NCBI RefSeq assembly: GCF_006345805.1
Contig: NC_043005.1
Span: forward strand, 108,934,001 to 108,998,000
DNA from: Octopus sinensis
Lineage: Eukaryota
Direction of reading: 5' to 3'
Length of the DNA stretch: 64,000 nt
The notes below the pieces were generated by a model, which worked only from the letters and a program-made list of their open reading frames with translations, did not search any database and was not told the origin of the DNA. Below are positions 1 to 14,445 of this stretch, one piece after another. A program made the position numbers and the translations under genes. Numbering within the stretch: the stretch's first letter is position 1; every line of letters begins with the position of its first letter.

Positions 1-159
1 ATCAACTTCATATCTATCTTTTCAACAATCTATATCACAATTCATAATACATACACCGCATGCATATATATAAATGATTGCCTTATATATTTGTGTGTGA
101 CTGCATGTATGTACATATATATGCATATAAATAAATCTATTTATCAATCAATTTATCTA

Positions 160-204
160 TCTATCAATCTATCTCTCTATCTATCTATCTATCTATCTAT
201 CAAT

Positions 205-264
<60 letters not shown>

Positions 265-345
265 TTATCTGTCCATCTATCTATCTATATAGATAGATAG
301 ATAGACAGATAGACAGACAGACATACAGACAGATAGATAGACATG
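160..345. repeat. (TCTA)n then (GATA/GACA)n tetranucleotide microsatellite
   Basis: Direct inspection; it produces the spurious 'LSIY' ORFs. Confidence 0.95.
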
Positions 346-548
346 TTCACACTCTCACATATGACATACACATAGATATATATGAATATATTTATCAGTC
401 TATTTCTTTGTCTGTCTGTCTATCTGTGTATCAGTTTTCTATCTATCTACCTATCTATCCATCCCTCCTCTTTATATATATATATAGATGTAGATATATA
501 TATATATATATAATATATATACATATATATATATATAATATATATATA

Positions 549-580
<32 letters not shown>

Positions 581-2111
581 CTGTGTGTGTGTGTGTGTAT
601 GACTTCATAATTTCTAAATATTGTGTAATTAATATATTTCATGTAGCTGTATATGAAGGTTGTGTGGTAGTATTGCACAAAACTATTTGTTGAAAGAGTT
701 CATATCTAGAAAATGTTGTACAGCTTCTAATAAAATAATGCGTGTGAATGCATAAATATTTATACACACACATACATCCACACACACACACACATACAAT
801 TACGCACACATATATGTATTGTCATCAAAGTATAAATAATTGGTAAAGCCACAGATTCAGCACCGTCTCCCCCTCCTCCGCCTTCATCTTACTGCAGCCA
901 TGACGACCAAATGACAATAAACTCCACAAGAGTTTGAATTTGTAGAACAGTCGTCATACATAATTGTATGTCAGTGGTGTTGGTGTTGGTGGTGTTGCTG
1001 CTGCTGATGGTGGTGGTGGTGATTATGATGATGATGATAATCATGATGATGATGTTGACAATGTGTTTGTTGTTGTTATCATTGTTATTGTTGTTGGTTG
1101 CATCTTTGTTTTTGCTATTGTCGTTGTTCCTGTTGGTATAATGGTAGTTCAGGTAATGATGGTGGTGGCAGCGGTAGCAGAGGCAGTGGTGGTGATGGTG
1201 GTGGTGGTGGTAGTGGTGGTGGTGGAGCGGGAAGTGTGTGGAGCAACAGAAGATGCACTGAAGGATGGGGGTGGGCGGGGTGGGAGAGAGAGAGGGAAGC
1301 AGAAATAACGGTATGAGTTGATATGATATCAAAAGCTTTCGCACGGACTGGGAGGGTGGTGGTCGTGGCGGAGTGGAAAGAAGTAAAGCGATATAGCAGC
1401 AATAATATATTTTGATATCGAAGTGATAACGAACAATGAAATCAATTATATACTTTAATATCAAAGAGATAGCAAATGAGCCATTCACAAGTCTGTATTA
1501 GAAACGGAAATCGCTATCGGAGAAAAAATTTGCCCCCCTCCGTTGTGAAATGTTGACAAGCAATAATGTAGAAGTCAACTAGGTTGACCAATCAGTGAAT
1601 GAGTCTTGAATCAAGAGTTAATGAATCAAATACAAATTGAAAGAAAGTCATTGGCGGGTGACACGCACTGATGGGGAAGGGGAGGTAGGGGGGCTGAACG
1701 GCAGAGGGGTGGGGCCGAGCGGTGAACATATTATTGCGTAAAACGACGATGGAACTGCAATCTGTTGAAGTAATGTTACTGCTGCTCCCGCTGCTGCTGC
1801 TGCTACTGCTGCTACTGTTATGACTACTACTATTAGTAGTAGTAGTGAGAAAGTTGTTTTATTGGCCACAAGGGCTCATATACAGAGTACAAAAGCAGAT
1901 TGTAAATGATACAGTGGGTATATGCATATTTATATACATGTATGTATGCATGTATAAATAAAATATATATACATATGTACATATGTATGTGTGTGTATAT
2001 AAATATATATATATATATACATTTCTTTCTAGAAAGTTTTGTAGCATCCTGATAAAAGATTTTATAACTTTTTAAGAAAATTATTTGAAAGAAAACAAAT
2101 CCCTTTTATAT

Positions 2112-2157
<46 letters not shown>

Positions 2158-2445
2158 ATATAACATATATAATATTTATATAATACATAATATAATACAT
2201 ATGTGTGTGTGTGTATGTTTGTATGTATAAACAATATAAAACACATATATACAATGTATGTATTTTGTTCATGAGCTGGTTGTTTCTGAAGGACTGTGTG
2301 AGAGAATGTATTCTCATGTATACGTAAGTGTGTTTGTGTTTATATATAAATATATATATATATTATAATATATATATATATACACACACACACAAACATA
2401 TATAGACATAGATATAGATGTAGATATCTCTTCTCTTTTCTTTTT

Positions 2446-2526
2446 TTCTTTTATTTGTTTCAGTCATTTGACTGCGGCCATGCTGAGCACCGCCTTTAAT
2501 CGAGCAAATCGACCCCGGGACTTATT
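2446..2526 (-). mobile_element. SINE family A, 3' tail fragment
   Basis: Reverse complement of the tail ggggtcgatttgctcga..aaggcggtgctc.agcatggccgcagtcaaatgactgaaac seen in full copies. Confidence 0.8.
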
Positions 2527-2868
2527 GTACATATCACATATATTGTATGTATGTGTATAAAATATATATGTAATATACATATAAAATGTATACTTATATA
2601 CATATATATGTGATATATATATCTAAATAATGAGGGAGATAAATTAATACTAATTTAAAACCAGTAACCTGTATGTGATATATATATATATAATATACAT
2701 ATATGTATTATATTATATATATATCATATATATAGTATGATAATATATGTGCATATATATGTATATATATGTATATATATATGTATATATATATAATGTA
2801 TATGTATATATATATATACATACATACATATATGTGTACATATACATATATATACACATACATACATA

Positions 2869-3027
2869 GGCACAGGAGTGGTTGTGTGGTAAGTAGCTTG
2901 ACTTCCAACCACATCGTTCTGGGTTCATTCTCACTGTGTGGCACCTTGTGCAAGTGTTTTCTTCTATAGCCTCGAGCAGACCAAAGCCTTGAGTGGATTT
3001 GGTAGTCAGAAACTGAAAGAAGCCTGT

Positions 3028-3070
<43 letters not shown>

Positions 3071-3209
3071 AATGTGTATAATATATATATATGTGTGTGT
3101 GTGTGTCTGTATATATATATATATGTATGTATGTATGTGTGTGTAAATGTTTGTGTCTGTGTTTGTCCACCCCCCCACCATCACTTGACAACTGATGGTG
3201 GTGTGCTTA
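2869..3209 (+). mobile_element. tRNA-derived SINE family A (head, internal TA/TG microsatellite, start of tail)
   Basis: A-box-like tggttgtgtggt and B-box-like ggttcattc; body ggcaccttg(g)gcaagtgt...ggatttggtag; matches the other copies in the window. Confidence 0.85.
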
Positions 3210-3336
3210 CAAACCACATGGTTCCGAGTTCAGTCCCACTGCGTGGCACCTTGGGCGAGTGTCTTCTACTATAGCCTCAGGCTGACCGAAGCCTTGTCAG
3301 TGGATTTGGTAGACGGAAACTGCAAGAAGCCTGTCG
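3210..3336 (+). mobile_element. SINE family A, 5'-truncated head copy abutting the previous copy
   Basis: ccacatggttccgagttcagtcccactgcgtggcaccttgggcgagtg...aagcctgtcg. Confidence 0.85.
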
Positions 3337-4106
3337 AATATATGTATATATATATACGTATGTGTGTGTGTGTGTATATATATATATACATATTTGTGTA
3401 TATATATTGCAGTTGTCTATCAAAGCACCAATGAAGAAGCATAGTATGTACATGAAAAATTAATCGAGTAGATTATTCAAGAATGGCAATTTATTCAAAG
3501 CATAATAATTTTCCACCAACCATATTTTGGCTTTTTACAGTACTTTGCATCTTCTGTGCGGAATCGGTACAGATTATTTTATTGAATCAGACTCTGAAGA
3601 TCAATTCTACTTTAATTTAAGTGCAGCTCAGTCTGATGCAGAAATATTGATGATGCTGATAACTATTCCATCTATAATTAGTAAGCTGAGATAATTCAGT
3701 TTCTGATCTTGCCTCCAAGCCAACGCCAATTCCTGGACATTTATATATCTTACTCTAAGCACTCAATGACGGTCGATTGAAAGGAACAAAATAGGTGACA
3801 CCTAGTTTGTGAAAGGGTATGGATAACTTGGGTTTCATAGCAGGAGTTGGGCTTTATAGGCTCCTTCAAAATTGTCTTTTTTGGCTGTGTTACAAAAAAT
3901 CTCATTGTTTCCAGGAAATTTACTCTCTACTTTTCGTCTGCATCACTAATACCTCTCAGTTTCTTGAATGATGAGAGGAAACAATGTCTTGAAGAAAAAA
4001 CCATACAACAATGATTCTGAAGCTAATACTAGTCACAATATCCTGAGTCTTTAGTTATACTTTTTAAATAACACATGCACACATGTGTGTATTATTGTTG
4101 TTGTTG

Positions 4107-4144
<38 letters not shown>

Positions 4145-4145
<1 letters not shown>

Positions 4146-4458
4146 TATGTTTGACTTTTGCTTTATATTTGTACAAGTTGGCTCCAAGTCTCACCCAGAG
4201 ACCTCAAGAGACAACAGGGTTGGAAGTTCATGTTGTTGTTATGCCTAGTGTGCAATATATTTGGTTTTGTATTTAGTGTTGTACTAGTGAATGTCTAAAA
4301 AAAAACATACGAAAATTATGTTTGTTTTAAAACTTGAGATTACATAGAAAGTATTTTGCGTAGGATATGAGCAGTTCCCACGAGCACTATCTTTTGAATT
4401 TCTGCCATTTTTGGGTTTCCTGGTATCTGAGTTAGGTAGCAATCAGCCCCTTTTGCTG
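4145..4458 (-). mobile_element. R4/Dong-like non-LTR retrotransposon, short 3' end copy
   Basis: Near-copy of 4524-4890 (ORF C-terminus plus 3'UTR); (ATT)n on both sides. Confidence 0.85.
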
Positions 4459-4480
4459 ATTATTATTATAATTATTATTA

Positions 4481-4523
<43 letters not shown>

Positions 4524-4524
<1 letters not shown>

Positions 4525-6320
4525 TATGTTTGACTTTTGCTTTATGTCTGTACAAGTTGGCTCCAAGTCTCACCCAGAGATCTCAAGAGACAACAGGTTA
4601 GAAGTTCTGTGCCATATATTTGGGTTTTTTTCTTCTTTTTTTTGATGTTGTACTAGTGAATGTCTAATACATAAAAAAAAAATAAATAAAATAAAGAATA
4701 AATAAATAAATAAAAAGTTTGTTTTAAAACTTGGGATTAAATAAAAAAAAAAGTTTGTTTTAAACCTTGGGATTACATAGAGAGTATTTTGCGTAGGATA
4801 TGAGCAGTTCCCATGAGCACTATCTTTTGAATTTCTGCCATTTTGGGGTTTCCTGGTATCTGAGTTAGGTAGCAATCAGTCCCTTTCGCTATCATTCCCA
4901 GGGCACCTATGACAACAGGTAGTGTTTTAGTCTTCAGCTTCCACATTTTGCTGATTTCTATTTCAAGATCTTTATATTTGCTCAGTTTTTGGTAGGTCTT
5001 GACAGATATGTTTATATCGATTGGGACAGTCATATCAATGAGGAGGCATGTTCTTTGTCTGAAGTCTTTCAATATAATGTCTGGCCTATTTGCATCTATC
5101 TTCCTGTCAGTTTGAATGGTGAAGTTCCAGAGGAGTGAGATGTGGTCATTTTCAAGCACAGGGGGTGGATTGTGTTCCCACCAGTTTTTTTCATGGGGCA
5201 AATCCAGGTTTTTGCAAATTACCCAGTGAATATATTGTGCAGCTCTAGCATGCCTACTGAGGTACTCTGTAGGTGCTAGAAGACTGCATTTGGAGACAAC
5301 ATGGTCAATGGTTTCATTTTGCTGTCAGCATACACGACATGTTGGGCTACTGCCGTTCTTTAATATGTTGGCCTGGTAGTTCCTTGTTGGTAGGCATTGA
5401 TCTTGAGCTGCTATGATAAACCCCTCTGTTTCAGATTAGCCATTGATGGGTCAGGGCTTTGTCGATATCTGCATTATTCGCTCTCTTTGGGTATTTGCCA
5501 TAGAGAGGTTTTTCTTGCCATTTATTATTCAGAATATCTAAGGCCGCAGTTTGGCACGGTTTTTCATGCGCCTAGCTTTTCTGTGCTTGTTTCTTGTATA
5601 TCTATCTCTAATTCCGAAATTGGTTGTATTCGGAATTCACTTAGATATCCTTTGCCTGTTTTGTGACTGAGTATGATGCTTTCTTGTTTTCATGTTTTGA
5701 GACAAGTTTTAACATCCAGTCCTCAGAGTTTTTCAGGTAGGTGTCTAGGCCAATTGTAGCAATCTTCATTGTTATTGCCAGTTGCAAAAGACCACGGCCT
5801 CCCTCTTTTCTTGGCAGATAAAGTCGTTCTGTATCTGCCTTAGGGTGGTGCATTCTATGCATTGTCAACAGTTTCCTTATTTTTCTGTCGAGCTGACATA
5901 TTTCAGTAATTGACCAGTTAACAATATTGAAACTGTAAGTCACGACTGGTATGGCTAATGCATTGATCGCTTCGATCCTGTTTCTTGCATTCAGTTCTGT
6001 CTTGAGTACTGCTCTCACTCTTCGATAGCATTCTCTCCTGATCCTTTCCTTCATCTCTGAATGCCTTATTCCGTTCCCTTCAATTACCCCTAGGTACTTG
6101 TAGCTCTCCGCTGGGTCTAGTTCTTTTATGACATTCTGTTGGTCAAGATTAACGTTAGATGTTTCTGTCATTTTTCCTTTGATAAAGTAGCCTTTGCACA
6201 TTTATCGAGGCCGAATTGCATTCTGATGTCGTCACTGAATTGTTTGACTATCGCTAGTAAGCCTTGAGTTGTTCGTCATTTTTTGCAAAAAGCTTTAAAT
6301 CATCCATGTAAACGAGGATG
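4524..6320 (-). mobile_element. R4/Dong-clade non-LTR retrotransposon, 5'-truncated (RT C-half, CCHC knuckle, RLE nuclease, 3'UTR)
   Basis: YMDD at 6299-6310 (VYMDDLKLFAKND); GLDKC, YKYLG, RLYLPRKEGGRGL; CRVC..NETIDHVVSKC; LWNFTIQTDRKIDANRPDII...KLSKYKDL (PD..D/K RLE); stops and frameshifts present. Confidence 0.93.
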
Positions 6321-6324
6321 ATTT

Positions 6325-6399
6325 TATATTTTATTATTATTATTATTATTATTATTATCATTATATTATTATTATTATCATTATTATTATATTATATTA

Positions 6400-6432
<33 letters not shown>

Positions 6433-6535
6433 TATCATTATTATATTATCATTATTATTATTATTATTAATTATTATTATTATTATTATTATCATTATTA
6501 TTTATTATCATTATTATTTATTATTATTATTATTA

Positions 6536-6569
<34 letters not shown>

Positions 6570-6589
6570 CTATCATATTATTATTATTA

Positions 6590-6624
<35 letters not shown>
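6325..6624. repeat. Imperfect (ATT)n microsatellite between two Dong-like copies
   Basis: Direct inspection. Confidence 0.95.
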
Positions 6625-7050
6625 TCATTAGTTTTATTTTTATAGCGTACTTTCACTTCATTCTGTGTGCCTTGGGTATGTGCTGTGGTTTGTTGTGATG
6701 CTCTTATGGTTACTCTATTGAAAGTGTTTTGCATAGGATATGTTCAGTGCCCAGTAGTGCAATCTACTGTATGTTATATATATTTGAAAGTCCTGGTGTT
6801 TTTGCTATGTATTTGTCCGAATATATTTTATCATACCTAATATGCCTACTATGATAGGAATTGTTTCTGTTTTTAGATTCCACATTCGAGTTACCTCTGT
6901 TTCCAGGTCTTTGTATTTTGAAAGTTTCTCCATTTCTTTTAGAGAAATGTTGTCATCTGCTGGTATTGATACATCAATTAGAAACCTTTTTTTTTTTCAT
7001 GATCTCTGACAACTATATCTGGCCTACTGGCCTTAATTTCTCTATCTGTG
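6625..7050 (-). mobile_element. R4/Dong-like RLE 3' fragment of a second subfamily
   Basis: Minus strand reads TDREIKASRPDIVVRD..FLIDVSIPADDNISLKEMEKLSKYKDLETEVTRMWNLKTETIPIIVG; its 3'UTR differs from that of the 4524 copy; flanked by (ATT)n. Confidence 0.88.
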
Positions 7051-7121
7051 TATTATTATTATTATTATTGTTATTATAATTATTATTATTATTATTACTA
7101 TTATTATTATATTTTATTATT

Positions 7122-7186
<65 letters not shown>

Positions 7187-7202
7187 CATAGTACTAACTA
7201 TA

Positions 7203-7413
7203 AGATGGTGAAGTGGCAGAATCATTAATGCCCTGACACAATATGCTTAGCGGCATTTCATCCATCTTTACATTCTGAGTTCAAATTCTGCTGAGGTCAA
7301 CTTTGTCTTTCATCCTTTCAGGGTCGATAAAATAAGTACCAGTCAAGAACTGAGATCGATGTAATCAACTTTGTCCCACCCCTCAAAAAACGTCTGTACC
7401 AAATTTTGAAACC
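7203..7413 (+). mobile_element. tRNA-derived SINE family B
   Basis: tggcagaatc A-box-like and gagttcaaattc B-box-like motifs; ctttgtctttcatcctttcagggtcgataaaataagtaccag body. Confidence 0.85.
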
Positions 7414-9158
7414 ATTATTATATTACTGACTAATCATGTAAATCAGCCCAGATGTAGAAAAAAATCAATGATTAAAGTTAATTCCAGCTGAGATGGTAAT
7501 AACCACAGTTAAACCACATTGTCCAATTTTGCTGCTGCCAATCCCCAGTGGTCATGAAACTATTGGCAATTTTTGTCAAGTATTGTTGGCTTCTCAAAGC
7601 TGTTAGCAACACACTTTGAGAAATCACGACTGTTTCTCATTGACAAGAACATGTTGAAAAGGAAGCAAGTTGTGATCTATACTGTGATTGAACAAAAGAT
7701 GTTGAGGATTCTCAACTAACATTTGCTCTCAGTGTTGCGATGTAACTAGGTTTCACTTAAAGGGATTTTCCTCTTAGACCTGGGCTTTTGCAAGATCCAG
7801 TGTCTGATGGCTTTGATAGTGATTTGAGTATGCAAAGGAAAGGCTTTTAACTCCCTGGAATATCACTGGACCACATCCCTGTCACTGTAGCTATGACAGT
7901 ATTATAGAATCTAACCTTTAAGACAGAAGAGCAAGATATGAAGGAAATCATCATGATCAGCATCATTATCATCATCATCATTGTTATTGGTGCTACATGG
8001 AGGGGCTGAACCCAAAACCTCAAGGCTGGGGAGCAAACTTCTTAACCACACACCCAAGACTATCCTGTCTTTTAGTCAGGCATGGTGTACCTGAAAATAC
8101 ATTATCCAATGTGTCTTACATTTTTAAGACAATAAGGATGAAATTTGAAAGAAATTTAGCTGCTATTTTTAACTGAATGAGCAACCACAAACAGGTTCCT
8201 CTCTTGTCTTTTTCTATTAAGTGATTAACACTATCAGCTCCACTCCCTCTATAAAATTGTAGTCAAGATCATTATTTAAATTATATTGTTTTATCTTCTG
8301 TTCTTGCCCACCCTCCCACACACACTCTCTTATCCACCCAATTCTTTTACTTATGGTTATTTTGCTTTTACCTTTCAGTTTTTTTTGTTTTTTTTTCCTG
8401 TTTCCTACTTGTAAGTGTGAGTGTGTTCTTTTAATAATGATGTAGCTTACCACTTGACTGGTTCTGGAAACTTCTAACGGCTACCTATTAATGTTAACAA
8501 TCAATTAATTAAACAAAGACACAAAAACTCACACACACACACAAACACATACCAACATACATACACACTCCTCCACGCATACGTACAAGTGAGGTTGTAT
8601 GTATGAGTGTATGTCTACGTGTGTGTGTTTGTGAGTACACACACAAACAAATGTATAAATACACACATACAAGCACACATACATGCAAACACACAGATTC
8701 GTACATATACAATTCACGTATAATGACAAAGAAGAAATATTATTAATAGTATTGCAAAGATTGGAAATCCAAGAAACCAAATATAAAGAACACAAACAAA
8801 CTCGAACACACACGTATAAGGTATGTGTGTTGTTAGTTCATGGGTCAGCCGTATTTTAGGTTTAAGAGAATATATTCTGAACGTGCCTGGTGTTAAAAAC
8901 ACCTGAAAGTAAGTCAGAGACAGGTGAGACAACTCACATAAGGTCTCTTTTCGGAGTGACAGACATTGAGGTTTCATCCTTGTTGTGACTTTTTAATGCC
9001 ATGTACCAAACAAAGCCTGCCACAAGATACATCACTGACGATAACTATATGCTAAATGGTTTAAAAACCATCTCCTGGAATGCCCCAACATTTCATACCT
9101 TGAGCTGCTTCTAATTCATAAAAGAATATAAAATACCAAAAAAAAAAAAAATCATATA

Positions 9159-9241
9159 GGCATAGGAGTGGCTGTGTGGTAAGTAGCTTGCTTATGAACC
9201 ACATAGTTCTGGGTTCAATCTCACTGCATGGCACCTTTGGC
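9159..9241 (+). mobile_element. SINE family A head fragment
   Basis: ggcataggagtggctgtgtggtaagtagcttg...ggcacctttgg. Confidence 0.8.
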
Positions 9242-9607
9242 ATTTGACTGTGGCCATGCTGGAGCACCACCTTTACGCGAGCAAATCGACCTCAGGACTT
9301 ATTCTTTGTATGCCTAGTATTTATTCCATCGGTCTCTTTTGCCAAATTGCTAAGTTACAGGGATGTAAACACACCAGCATCGGTTATCAAGCAATGTTGG
9401 GGGGGAGGGCAAACACAAACACACAAACATGCACATATATATATATACATATATACGATGGGCTTCTTTCAGTTTCTGTCTACCAAATCCACTCACAAGG
9501 ATTGGTCAGCCCAAGGCTATAGTAGAAGACACTTGCCCAAGGTATCACACAGTGGGACTGAACCTGGAACCATGTGGTTGGTAAGCAGGCTACTTACCAC
9601 ACAGCCA
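9241..9607 (-). mobile_element. SINE family A, near full length
   Basis: Head, internal TA repeat and tail all present in reverse orientation. Confidence 0.88.
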
Positions 9608-10031
9608 TTCATACGCCTTAGTGAAAAACTTTCGAATATCAACACTATCTTTTCAAATCTTGCTGCATCTTATCTGGAAATCTTAGTCCTCCAAAGTCAT
9701 TTTGCTGTGTAAGTTGGCCAATCATTCTTTGACTATAATTTTTGATCTAAAAAGTTTGACTCATATGCTGGGAAAACACAGTATTTGCTTTCATCTATAT
9801 AAAGAAGGCAGGGGGATTATTAAAGTTCCATATTTCTGAATTCCAGTCATCCCTCACTTGAAATAGGAAGTTGGTTTTTGATGTTAAAAGTTTATGAAAC
9901 ACTATGTAATTCTATAGATGTGCCACTGTTAAGAGTACCAAATTGTTTTTCTTTACCACATTCATAATAAAGTCCAGAGTCTAACATGACAAATTCTTTT
10001 GTTGTTCCAACCCTCTGAATTTTATTCTCAA

Positions 10032-10429
10032 CTAGCAGTATCACCAGGCGTTGCTCGAGCTTGTTTTCTTTTTGACCCTTTAGAATTGGAATTTTTGAAA
10101 AGTAAAAATTTTGCATTATGTAGCTTGTTATTCTCTTTAAGTGAACATTTTTCTGGTTCAAATACACCGAAAAATGGCGACACAGCAGTCAAAAGGTTGT
10201 ATAAAATAGGTATTTTCATAGAAAAAAAGCACCTATTTGATGTAAATAATTTTTGGTGTTAACATGGTCTGATTTGAATTTTTTCTTCTACGGAAGGAAG
10301 AGCAAGCCTTCTTCTATCATACTCTCAATTTTGGTCAACTTGTGCCGCAGGGTCTCGGAGGCGATAGTGTTAGTTGAAGGCTACCAAACCTGCCACACAC
10401 AGACAACTTCAGCTTTATATATAGAGAGA
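10032..10429 (-). mobile_element. Non-autonomous Helitron (~400 bp)
   Basis: On the minus strand it starts A|TC(tctctatatataaagc) and ends with a GC-rich hairpin remnant then CTAG|T; no TSD; second copy at 26236. Confidence 0.8.
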
Positions 10430-10459
10430 TTATATTTATTTATCTATTTGTTAAGTGGT

Positions 10460-10700
10460 TAGAATACTCAGATCAAGATCATAAGCTTGTGAGTATAGTA
10501 CATAGTGGTATGTCATGGCCTTGAGCAAGATATTTGTTTTTCATGTTACTCCAATCTACCCAACAGGTAAAAATGAGCTGTACCTGTATTTCAAAGAGCC
10601 AACCTTGCCACATTCTGTGTCACACTTAGTCTCCCTGAAAACATCATTAAAGGTACACGTATCCATAGAATACTCAGCAACTTGCAAAATTAATTTCTTG
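10460..10700 (+). mobile_element. Decayed SINE related to family C
   Basis: ccttgagcaagata...ttactccaatctacccaacaggtaaaaatgag resembles the central block of 55876-56200. Confidence 0.5.
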
Positions 10701-10800
10701 AGCAGGTTGTTCTTTTGATCAGTTCAACTAGAACACTCATCATTGGAACCAACAGAATGCTAATACTGTCTATTTCATACTGTAGATTATTAACTATAAT

Positions 10801-11159
10801 ATTCTGTTGTGTCTGGGGAGAGTCATTTTCTTTTTGTGCCTTACAATTAAACACACTCATAGGTAAAATTTCCACTTATTCCTTTTTTTTTTTTTTCCTA
10901 AAATTTTCGATGCATCTTGCAACCTTTCCAATAGTTTAACACACTCACCGGTAAAATTTCCACTTATTCCTTATTTTATTTTCTTAAAATTTTCGTTGCG
11001 TCTTGCAACCTTTTCAATACTCAAAACTATTGAAAAGGTTGCAAGACACTACAAAAATTTTAGGAAAATAAGAATAAGGAATAACTGGAAATTTTACTGG
11101 TGAGTGTGTTACATTATAAGGCACAAAAAAAAATTAATCTCCTCAGACATAAGAGAATA
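10801..11159. repeat. Inverted repeat (fold-back) with an internal direct duplication
   Basis: 10938-11019 is inverted at 11028-11110; 10850-10934 directly repeats 10938-11019; outer arms are 10801-10856 and 11111-11159. Confidence 0.85.
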
Positions 11160-11744
11160 TGCTTCAACACACGAACTCATATAAAGAATCTTGCAAACCA
11201 AATCCAAAAACGAAATATAGTATTGTGTGTTACAGGTTTCTAAAGGACTGATCTCTGCTTTTCTGAAAGTTGGAATGACAAGGAAGCATATCTAAACAAA
11301 TATTGTGAGAGATTTTACTTGAAATTGTCTTTGTTTTGCTCATTGCTTTGTTCATTGTTTACAATAAGAATGCTTCTTTTCTAGCACAAATACTCTGAAG
11401 AAATGCATGAACTTCACATATTCTTATCTCTCTTCTTTTGTAAATCAAATATATTACATATAAGTGAGACATCACATTGTTAAAGGTGTAGTGGATGTTT
11501 TCATTGAAGTGGGGGAAGCTGATAAAAAAGGGAAAACAATATGAAATAAAGAAAAACTAAACGGTAAGGCCAAGTTTAGTGGAAGCTAGATCTGTTCAGT
11601 GTCCATGTCCCACACTGCCATTACCATTCATTACCCTACATCACACAGCCTTACCCCTAATTTCAGTATTCAATTTACAGTCCACGTTGGGTGTGACTCA
11701 TACTGAGAGATATTGGGGATAGAATCTCATCATTCATTATATAC

Positions 11745-11779
<35 letters not shown>

Positions 11780-12079
11780 ATATATATGCCTACATATATA
11801 TATATATATATACACATATATATATGCCTGCATATATACATGCTTATATGTGCGTGTGCATGTGTGTCTGTATTTGTGTATACATACATACATACATACA
11901 GACAGACAGACATAATACATACGTGCATGCATAGATAAACACAGACACTCACACTTACACACAATGGCCAGCATATGTACACAGAAAAATATGTAAATAT
12001 GCAGGAATGTATAAAAAATGATATGTATCAGTGAGACACATGTAGTAATTTGATTGCCTCTGCACTCTCTCCCCCCCAC

Positions 12080-12699
<620 letters not shown>

Positions 12700-12700
<1 letters not shown>

Positions 12701-13052
12701 ATATATACACACACACACCACTTATATATATTATACACAAACCACACAACACCACTTATATATATATATGTAGGTATGTATGTATTCTTCTTTCTGTCAC
12801 ATTCCCCTTCGTTGTAGATTGGCTGTGATTTTGGCACTCAAGGTATTATACATGCTGTTGGACCATGCCATATGGTTGACAGCTTCAGATATGTAATGCA
12901 TGCATGCATGCGTGGGTGGGTGAGTACATGTGTATGCGTGTGTATGTAAGTGTGTATGCGTGTGTATGTGTGTATGTCAAAGCATGCATGTATGTTCATA
13001 AATTTGTTTGCTTTAATTTATTCATGTGCATATACATACATTTATACTTGTA

Positions 13053-13106
<54 letters not shown>

Positions 13107-13273
13107 TACATACACACGGCTATTGTGAGCAAAACAATCAAATTCTCACCCTTCCTATTCCATACAAACAATACATGCACATAGTTTATAACATATGACA
13201 ATATGAGTTGATATACATCTATATAATATATATAAATGTGTATAATATCTATGCCAGAGTATTTGTCTGTCTA

Positions 13274-13306
<33 letters not shown>

Positions 13307-13611
13307 CATACATATGTATATATATATATATATATTTGCTTATATATATATATATCTATATATATAATATATATATATATACGTATATATACATTATATA
13401 TGTACATATGTGCATATATATGTATATATGTACATTATATATATTATATATATATATACATATACATTATATATGTATATTATATGTATACATACATACA
13501 TATATATGTATATATATATATATATATATATAAGTATATATGTGCATATATATATACACAGATATATATATATATTATATATATATATATATATAATATT
13601 ATATGTATATC

Positions 13612-13662
<51 letters not shown>

Positions 13663-13755
13663 ATATAGATATATATATTATATATATATATATATATAAT
13701 TAAGTATATATATATATATATATTATTATATATATATACTATACATATATAATAT

Positions 13756-13790
<35 letters not shown>

Positions 13791-13829
13791 TATATATATA
13801 TATATGTCTAATATATATATAATATATAC

Positions 13830-13907
<78 letters not shown>

Positions 13908-13993
13908 ATATATATAGATATATATATTATATATATAGTATATATATATATATTATATATATATATATATTACATATATATATATACATATAC

Positions 13994-14031
<38 letters not shown>

Positions 14032-14413
14032 ATATATATATATACATATATACACACACACACACACTATATATATATAATACACAAACACACACACACA
14101 CTTATATATATATATGTAGGTATGTATGTATTCTTCTTTCTGTCACATTCCCCTTCGTTGTAGATTGGCTGTGATTTTGGCACTCAAGGTATTATACATG
14201 CTGTTGGACCATGCCATATGGTTGACAGCTTCAGATATGTAATGCATGCATGCATGGGTGGGTGAGTACATGTGTGTGTGTGTGTGTAAGTGTGTATGCG
14301 TGTGTATGTGTGTATGTCAAAGCATGCATGTATGTTCATAAATTTGTTTGCTTTAATTTATTCATGTGCATATACATACATTTATACTTGTATGTATATG
14401 TGTGTGTGTGTGT

Positions 14414-14445
<32 letters not shown>

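Noticed and set aside
889-1488. 199-aa His/Asn/Thr-rich ORF
   Set aside because: Made of low-complexity triplet runs; overlapping ORFs in several frames indicate composition rather than coding
3440-3960. Possible DNA-transposase remnant
   Set aside because: Multiple stops and no identifiable catalytic motif or termini
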